44,225 nt of DNA. Origin: Tubiluchus corallicola. Taxonomy: Eukaryota; Animalia; Priapulida. Made by a program: the position numbers and the translations under genes. The stretch is taken from positions 1-44,225 of the forward strand of contig JAQGDQ010001366.1 of NCBI GenBank assembly GCA_030141605.1, given 5' to 3'. Under the pieces are notes generated by a model that saw nothing but the letters and a program-made list of their open reading frames with translations, was not told the DNA's origin and made no database searches. Below are positions 36,056-44,225 of this stretch, one piece after another (position 1 is the first letter of the stretch; every line of letters begins with the position of its first letter).

Positions 36056-39000
36056 ACGTCTTGCCCTGCTCGCTCAGTTTCATATGTAAGGTCACGTCTT
36101 GTCCTGCTCGCTCAGTTTCATATGTAAGGTCACGTCTTGCCCTGCTCGCTCAGTGCAAATGTGAGGTCACGTCTTGCCCTGCTCGCTCAGTTTCATATGT
36201 AAGGCCACGTCTCGCCCTGCTCGCTCAGTTTCATATGTAAGGTCACGTCTCGCCCTGCTCGCTCAGTTTCATATGTAAGGTCACGTCTTGCCCTGCTCGC
36301 TCAGTGCAAATGTAAGGTCACGTCTCGCCCTGCTCGCTCAGTTTCATATGTAAGGTCACGTCTTGTCCTGCTCGCTCAGTTTCATATGTAAGGTCACGTC
36401 TCGCCCTGCTCTGTTGCTCGTGTTTCATGTAAGGTCACGTCTGCCTGCTCGCTCAGTTTCATATGTAAGGTCACGTCTTGTCCTGCTCGCTCAGTTTCAT
36501 ATGTAAGGTCACGTCTTGTCCTGTTCGCTCAGTTTCGTATGTAAGGTCACGTCTTGCCCTGCTCGCTCAGTTTCATATGTAAGGCCACGTCTCGCCCTGC
36601 TCGCTCAGTTTCATATGTAAGGTCACGTCTCGCCTTGCTCGCTCAGTTTCATATGTGAGGTAACGTCTTGCCCTGCTCGCTCAGTTTCATATGTAAGGCC
36701 ACGTCTCGCCCTGCTCGCTCAGTTTCATATGTAAGGTCACGTCTTGTCCTGCTCGCTCAGTTTCATATGTAAGGTCACGTCTTGCCCTGCTCGCTCAGTT
36801 TCATATGTAAGGTCACGTCTCGCCCTGCTCGCTCAGTTTCATATGTAAGGTCACGTCTCGCCCTGCTCGCTCAGTTTCATATGTAAGGTCACGTCTGCCC
36901 TGCTCGCTCAGTTTCTATGTAAGGTCACGTCTTGCCTGCTCGCTCAGTTTCTATGTAAGGTCACGTCTCGCCCTGTTCGCTCAGTTTCATATGTAAGGTC
37001 ACGTCTCGCCCTGCTCGCTCAGTTTCATATGTAAGGTCACGTCTCGCCCTGCTCGCTCAGTTTCATATGTGAGGTCACGTCTCGCCCTGCTCGCTCAGTT
37101 TCATATGTAAGGTCACGTCTCGCCCTGCTCGCTCAGTTTCATATGTGAGGTCACGTCTCGCCCTGCTCGCTCAGTGCAAATGTGAGGTCACGTCTTGTCC
37201 TGTTCGCTCAGTTTCGTATGTAAGGTCACGTCTTGTCCTGCTCGCTCAGTTTCGTATGTAAGATCACGTCTTGCCCTGCTCGCTCAGTTTCATATGTAAG
37301 GCCACGTCTTGCCCTGCTCGCTCAGTTTCATATGTAAGGTCACGTCTTGTCCTGCTCGCTCAGTTTCAAATGTGAGGTCACGTCTCGCCCTGCTCGCTCA
37401 GTTTCATATGTGAGGTCACGTCTCGCCCTGCTCGCTCAGTGCAAATGTGAGGTCACGTCTCGCCCTGCTCGCTCAGTTTCATATGTAAGATCACGTCTTG
37501 CCCTGCTCGCTCAGTTTTATATGTAAGGTCACATCTTGCCCTGTTCGCGCAGTTTCATATGTAAGGTTACGTCTTGCCCTGCTCGCTCAGTTTCGTATGT
37601 AAGGTCACGTCTTGCCCTGCTCGCTCAATTTCATATGTAAGGTCACGTCTTGCCCTGCTCGCTCAGTTTCATATGTAAGATCACGTCTTGCCCTGCTCGC
37701 TCAGTTTCATATGTAAGGTCACGTCTTGCCCTGCTCGCTCAGTTTCATATGTAAGGTCACGTCTTGCCCTGCTCGCTCAGTTTCATATGTAAGGTCACGT
37801 CTTGCCCTGCTCGCTCAGTTTCATATGTAAGGTCACGTCTTGCCCTGCTCGCTCAGTTTCATATGTAAGATCACGTCTTGCCCTGCTCGCTCAGTTTCAA
37901 ATGTAAGGCCACGTCTTGCCCTGCTCGCTCAGTTTCGTATGTAAGGTCACGTCTTGTCCTGCTCGCTCAGTTTCAAATGTAAGGTCACGTCTTGTCCTGC
38001 TCGCTCAATTTCATATGTAAGGTCACGTCTTGCCCTGCTCGCTCAGTTTCATATGTGAGGTCACGTCTCGCCCTGCTCGCTCAGTTTCATACGTAAGGTT
38101 ACGTCTCGCCCTGCTCGCTCAATTTCATATGTAAGGTCACGTCTCGCCCTGCTCGCTCAGTTTCATATGTAAGGTCACGTCTTGCCTTGCTCGCTCAGTT
38201 TCATATGTAAGGTCACGTCTCGCCCTGCTCGCTCAGTTTCATATGTAAGGCCACGTCTCGCCCTGCTCGCTCAGTTTCATATGTAAGGCCACGTCTTGTC
38301 CTGCTCGCTCAGTTTCATATGTAAAGTCACGTCTTGCCCTGCTCGCTCAGTTTCAAATGTAAGGTCACGTCTTGTCCTGCTCGCGCAATTTCATATGTAA
38401 GGTCACGTCTTGCCCTGCTCGCTCAGTTTCATATGTAAGATCACGTCTTGCCCTGCTCGCTCAGTTTCATATGTAAGGTCACGTCTTGTCCTGCTCGCTC
38501 AGTTTCAAATGTAAGGTCACGTCTTGTCCTGCTCGCTCAATTTCATATGTAAGGTCACGTCTTGCCCTGCTCGCTCAGTTTCATATGTAAGGTCACGTCT
38601 TGCCCTGCTCGCTCAGTTTCATATGTAAGGTCACGTCTTGCCTGCTCGCTCAGTTTCATATGTAAGGTCACGTCTTGTCCTGCTCGCTCAGTTTCATATG
38701 TAAGGTCACGTCTTGCCCTGCTCGCTCAGTTTCATATGTAAGGTCACGTCTCGCCCTGCTCGCTCAGTTTCATATGTAAGGTCACGTCTCGCCCTGCTCG
38801 CTCAGTTTCATATGTAAGGTCACGTCTCGCCCTGCTCGCTCAGTTTCATATGTAAGGTCACGTCTTGCCCTGCTCGCTCAGTTTCATATGTAAGGTCACG
38901 TCTCGCCCTGCTCGCTCAGTTTCATATGTAAGGTCACGTCTCGCCCTGCTCGCTCAGTTTCATATGTAAGGTCACGTCTTGTCCTGCTCGCTCAGTTTCA

Positions 39001-39760
39001 TATGTAAGGTCACGTCTTGCCCTGCTCGCTCAGTTTCAAATGTAAGGTCACGTCTTGTCCTGCTCGCTCAATTTCATATGTAAGGTCACGTCTTGCCCTG
39101 CTCGCTCAGTTTCATATGTAAGATCACGTCTTGCCCTGCTCGCTCAGTTTCATATGTAAGGTCACGTCTTGTCCTGCTCGCTCAGTTTCAAATGTAAGGT
39201 CACGTCTTGTCCTGCTCGCTCAGTTTCATATGTAAGGTCACGTCTTGCCCTGCTCGCTCAGTTTCATATGTGAGGTCACGTCTCGCCCTGCTCGCTCAGT
39301 TTCATATGTAAGGTTACGTCTCGCCCTGCTCGCTCAATTTCATATGTAAGGTCACGTCTCGCCCTGCTCGCTCAGTTTCATATGTAAGGTCACGTCTCGC
39401 CCTGCTCGCTCAGTTTCGTATGTAAGGTCACGTCTTGTCCTGCTCGCTCAGTGCAAATGTGAGGTCACGTCTTGTCCTGCTCGCTCAGTTTCATATGTAA
39501 GGTCACGTCTCGCCCTGCTCGCTCAGTTTCGTATGTAAGGTCACGTCTTGTCTTGCTCGCTCAGTTTCAAATGTAAGGTCACGTCTTGTCCTGCTCGCTC
39601 AGTTTCATATGTAAGGTCACGTCTTGTCCTGCTCGCTCAGTTTCAAATGTAAGGTCACGTCTTGTCCTGCTCGCTCAGTTTCATATGTAAGGTCACGTCT
39701 CGCCCTGCTCGCTCAGTTTCATATGTAAGGTCACGTCTCACCCTGCTCACTCAGTGCAAA
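36056..39760. repeat. Large minisatellite/satellite, 38-bp unit, about 97 copies
   Basis: ACGTCTTGCCCTGCTCGCTCAGTTTCATATGTAAGGTC, head-to-tail with no spacers. Confidence 0.98.
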
Positions 39761-40009
39761 CGTTAGTTTTGCCGTAATGTTCAGTGTGGGAGCTCAAACT
39801 TCACGTGCGAATCAAGTTTCGATAAAGAATGGCGTTCGCCATGTGTCAATATCTAATATCTAATAATATCTAATAATATCTAATTTGATTACCAGACATA
39901 GTTAAAAAGTCATGACAAACTTATCGACAGAGCTTCTGCTGTCATCATCAATGGTAAATTTTTACAAACATACAACCAGTTTATATAGGCAGAGTCTACA
40001 GTAGAGAAC

Positions 40010-40336
40010 ATTATGCACTAATTGTGTATTTAAAAGAAGGCAAATAGGTAATGAATAAGCAGACCAGTGGAAAAGAAATTGATACAGTAAATTATGCACT
40101 AATTATGTATTTAACAGAAGCTAAATAGGTAATGATTAAGCAGACCAGTGGAAAAGAAATTGATACAGTAAATTATGCACTAATTTTGTATTTAACAGAA
40201 GCCAAATAGGTAATGAATAAGCAGACCAGTAGAAAAGGAATTGATACAGTAAATTATGCACTAATTATGTATTTAACAGAAGCCAAATAGGTAATGAATA
40301 AGCAGACCAGTAGAAAAGAAATTGATACAGTAAATT
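40010..40336. repeat. Minisatellite, 81-bp unit, 4 copies
   Basis: ATTATGCACTAATT at about 40010, 40091, 40172 and 40253. Confidence 0.95.
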
Positions 40337-40611
40337 GCAGACCATTACAGCCAGATAACAGTATTAGTTTCTTGAACACGATAAAAAGGTGTTTTTTCTG
40401 TTATTTGGTTCTTTTTGCTATCGGCTCAATCATATTGTTGCTCGTCTTTATATGTCATTTCCGATTTTATAAACTAGTATTGTTTGTTTCAATACTTGTG
40501 AAGCGTAGGACACCATCTGTATTAAAAATAATGAAATAATGTTGGAAAACTGCAATAATTTTCAAGGCGATTTTCAGCAACGGGCGCCAGGAGTCCCGAC
40601 GATAGAATCAA

Positions 40612-41070
40612 TAATATATTAATATAATCTTTATTTGCCATAAATAATCGATATTCATAACTATAAAAGCATAAAAGAACATCGCAGCATGAGAATAAAA
40701 TTCACACAACTGTTAAAGGCAAATGCGTCCAGTGCAAACTAAAAACTACTGTGCCAAAAATTTAAAACAAAATATACATTATAATATTACACGGAAATTA
40801 TAATAGACTATATACAATATATACATATAATTTAAAATGGACGTGGGTAAATAAAATTTGTGGATGAATATATATTATCGTTTACGTATGTTGCGTTTTC
40901 AAAACGATTTAATGTATGTATTTTTAATTTTGATTTGAATTCGTTGAAAGACTTGATTTGTTTTAAATTTGATGGCAGGGTATTCCAAAGTTGAACTCCC
41001 TGTTTTGTGATAGATTTGTTGCCGTATTTGTTAAATATTGTGTATTCTTGGATTTAATGTTGGCTCCAAG
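40612..41070 (-). mobile_element. L2/CR1-type LINE 3' fragment
   Basis: The minus strand encodes KYGNKSITKQGVQLWNTLPSNLKQIKSFNEFKSKLK, and the tail is GGCAAATAAAGATTAT... Confidence 0.8.
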
Positions 41071-41101
41071 AGGAGTGGAAGCTTTTTTTGATGAAGGGCG
41101 T

Positions 41102-41474
41102 GTTATAACCGAACTTCACTTTTTACTTACAAACATATTAATGTGATGAGCGGTGCCTTTGAAGTAAAGTAAGCTACCGTTCCACAGACATAATGCTGAA
41201 CCTCAGAACCTGTAATCTAAAACAGATACATACTACATGTATGGCACTCATCTCTTTCCCAAAATCTCTCTGATTTGCTAGAAACTGTTCAAAAGCGCTC
41301 ATTGAAAATAATTTTATGTTATGTGATTCAACGCGGCAAAATTTAGTTCTTCATCTTTGGATGTCGATTAAAGTAATTACTACGAATCTAATTTTTTTGA
41401 TATATTTAAATTGGTAAAGAAAAAACTTCTAAAACTCCTAATTATTTCAAGTTTAATTTTTAATATGCGTAATC

Positions 41475-41478
<4 letters not shown>
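41102..41478 (+). repeat. Left arm of a ~375-bp near-identical inverted repeat pair (partner 43856-44225)
   Basis: ATAACCGAACTTCACTTTTTAC...TAATATGCGTAATCTATATG is the reverse complement of the window's last ~370 bp. Confidence 0.9.
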
Positions 41479-41506
<28 letters not shown>

Positions 41507-41650
41507 TGTATGTATGTATGTATGTATGTATGTGTGTATGTGTGTATGTGTGTATGTGTGTATGTGTGTATGTGTGTATGTGTGTATGTGTGTATGTGTG
41601 TATGTGTGTATGTGTGTATGTGTGTATGTGTGTATGTGTGTATGTGTGTA

Positions 41651-41689
<39 letters not shown>

Positions 41690-41886
41690 GTGCATGTGCA
41701 TGTGCATGTGCATGTGCATGTGCATGTGCATGTGCATGTGCATGTGCATGTGCATGTGCATGTGCATGTGCATGTGCATGTGCATGTGCATGTGCATGTG
41801 CATGTGCATGTGCATGTGCATGTGCATGTGCATGTGCATGTGCATGTGCATGTACATGTACATGTACATGTATATGTATATGTATA
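41477..41886. repeat. Compound microsatellite (TATG)n-(TGTGTATG)n-(TGTATG)n-(TGCATG)n
   Basis: Read directly. Confidence 0.97.
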
Positions 41887-42454
41887 TATTTTCTTGTTTT
41901 CTTGTGCGTTAAACTTACGAACATCTTGCGGGTGGATGTGAAATATAAAATTGATTGGCTGCAGTTTCCAACTGGGTGATTTTTAAGAAAAGCAACTTTG
42001 CTTGTATGCTCTCTTTTTGATGTGATAATCAATTTTTGTTTGTTAGAGTGGTTCCGCTTCAGGCTTGACATGCTCAAAAGCAATTATAATAGGCGTGTAA
42101 CTTCCATCTAGAAATTTTACATTTTTTTTCTATTTTCCCCTTTGATGACTACGAATTATTATATAATTAGCCTTTAAAATTCATTTAGCTTTTAATTTAC
42201 AAACCCTTCATATATATATATTTACTCTTGTAATTTTATTTCATTTTAGTACCGTATTTGTGTTTTGTATGGTCTTAGTTACCGAAATAACAATTTGAAT
42301 TGAATTGAATTGTGTACCAAAGATTTTACATCAAAAAATAAAATAAATAGTTGTTTAATGTATGTATGTATGTCTATCGCGTGTCTGTATGTGTGTGTAT
42401 GCGTGTATGTACACGTGTTTGTATGCGTTTTGTATGTATGTGTGTATATATTCG

Positions 42455-42800
42455 ACTAGCTTGCGAAAGCGAAAATTGAAATACAGGGCCGCTGTAAGTA
42501 AAAACTCAAATTTCAAATTTACCGCTGTGTTCACGCATGACCTGTCGAACGTGTGCAGTTCGTCACAAGCTAACATATCTGAACAGAGGCAAAGCACCTG
42601 TTTTTTGTGCAATGCATTTCCGAAATGCAGGTACTAGTGCGCCCGTCTAACTAGAGAATGACTAAATGTATGTAACAGCGAAGAACTAGTGGCGCGAACG
42701 CGAAATTGTGTTTGTGTGGTAATAATTCTTTCACCTAAGAGAAAAATAGTATGTTTCCTTTCAATATCATAGAGTAGATTGTTTTGACCTGCAGTCTAAA
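42455..42800. mobile_element. Partial family A MITE
   Basis: GAAAGCGAAAATTGAA...AGAACTAGTGGCGCGAACG...GTAGATTGTTTTGACCT, collinear with 23830-24200. Confidence 0.75.
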
Positions 42801-43260
42801 ATTGTTTTGACCTACTGTCTAATAATTCCTGACCACTGTTATACATTTCTAAAGTTTGTTGATCAAACTTCTCTTTTGTGAGGCAAATCTTTTGCAGTTT
42901 TGCGCAGCATCAGCAACTAATTGCCTACATTACTGACACGTTTCCGCTGTGAAGCCCTGGACCATGGAAATAACATGGAAAGGTTATGCATGTAGATTAT
43001 CAATGGGCGCAGGTGTATCGTGGTTTAAACACTCTATTAATGCACCTTATTGTCTGCGTAATTTCTTGTCACGTTGTTGTATACATGATGCAAATGATTA
43101 TAAACCAACTTAATGAGAGCATAAAGTCAAGCTTTAGGAGGAATATTTTAACAAAGAAGTCAATATGTTCACATGCTATAATTATTACCATGATTTATAG
43201 TCAGTATTTGGTTTACAGTTTTGTAATTAAAACGTGTAGGTTAGATTAAACGTACCCGCC

Positions 43261-43855
43261 TACCTACCTACCTACCGACCTACCTACCTACCTACCTACC
43301 TACCTACCTACCTACCTACCTACCTACCTACCTACCCTACCTACCTACCTACCTACCTACCTACCTACCTACCTACCTACCTACCTACCTACCTACCTAC
43401 CTACCTACCTACCTACCTACCTACCTACCTACCTACCTACCTACCTACCTACCTACCTACCTACCTACCTATCTACTTACCTACCTACCTACCTACCTAT
43501 CTACCTACCTACCTACCTACCTACCTACCTACCTACCTACCTACCTACCTACCTACCTACCTACCTACCTACCTACCTACCTACCTACCTACCTACCTAT
43601 CTACCTACCTACCTACCTACCTACCTACCTACCTACCTACCTACCTACCTACCTACCTACCTACCTACCTACCTACCTACCTACCTACCTACCTACCTAC
43701 CTACCTACCTATCTATCTAACTACTTGCCTACCTAGCTACCTACCTACCTACCTACCTACCTACCTACCTACCTACCTACCTACCTACCTACCTACCTAC
43801 CTACCTACCTACCTACCTACCTACCTACCTACCTACCTACCTACCTACCTACCTA
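43261..43855. repeat. (TACC)n microsatellite
   Basis: Read directly, about 600 bp. Confidence 0.98.
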
Positions 43856-44225
43856 CATATAAGATTTACGCATATTAAAAAATTAAACTTAGCAATTAGG
43901 AGTTTTAGGAAGTTTTTTCTTACCAATTTAAATATATCAAAAAATTAGATTCGTAGTAATTACTTTTAATCGAATCCAAAGATGAAGAACTAAATTTTGT
44001 TGAATACATAACATAAAATTATTTTCAATGAGCGCTTTTGAACAGTTTCTAGCAAATCAGAGAGATTTTGGGAAAGAGATGAGTGCCATACATGTAGTAT
44101 GTATCTGTTTTAGATTTCAGGTTCTGAGGTTCAGCATTATGTCTGTGGAACGGTAGCTTACTTTACTTCAAAGGCACCGCTCATCACATTAATATGTTTG
44201 TAAGTAAAAAGTGAAGTTCGGTTAT
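43856..44225 (-). repeat. Right arm of the inverted repeat pair (runs off the window end)
   Basis: Reverse complement of about 41105-41478. Confidence 0.9.

Noticed and set aside
36056-39760. CRISPR array (38-bp repeat)
   Set aside because: The units are head-to-tail with no unique spacers, there are no cas genes, and the context is eukaryotic.
36056-39760. AAV Rep-binding-like GCTCGCTC motif, or an 8-nt micro-exon array (cag|TTTCATAT|gtaagg)
   Set aside because: There are only two GCTC units per repeat and no ITR or rep sequence. The implied 30-nt introns are implausibly short.

Overview
This is AT-rich, intron-containing animal (most likely invertebrate) genomic DNA, not prokaryotic. Most of it is repeats: truncated LINE 3' ends (RTE, L2/CR1-type, Rex1/Babar-type), tRNA-derived SINEs, non-autonomous DNA transposons (hAT-like with 8-bp TSDs, piggyBac-like and Kolobok-like with TTAA TSDs), about ten minisatellite arrays (30-113 bp units) and several microsatellites. 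Most ORFs in the six-frame track are repeat artefacts. Two credible host coding regions stand out. (1) A minus-strand, two-coding-exon gene (15587-15020 + 13792-13728, about 210 aa) for a secreted protein with four 26-aa repeats punctuated by RR and GR sites, which is the architecture of a neuropeptide/peptide-hormone precursor whose peptides I do not recognise. (2) A plus-strand exon (about 25117-26353) encoding a low-complexity N-terminus, a polybasic tract, a transmembrane helix and a segment resembling the start of the NIT domain of invertebrate NIT guanylyl cyclases. Also notable are a TSD-flanked, internally deleted LINE derivative carrying a 2A/StopGo-like peptide, a 90-bp tandem array inside an apparent exon, and a candidate 33-bp micro-exon. 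All family assignments come from visual pattern recognition and have not been checked against databases.
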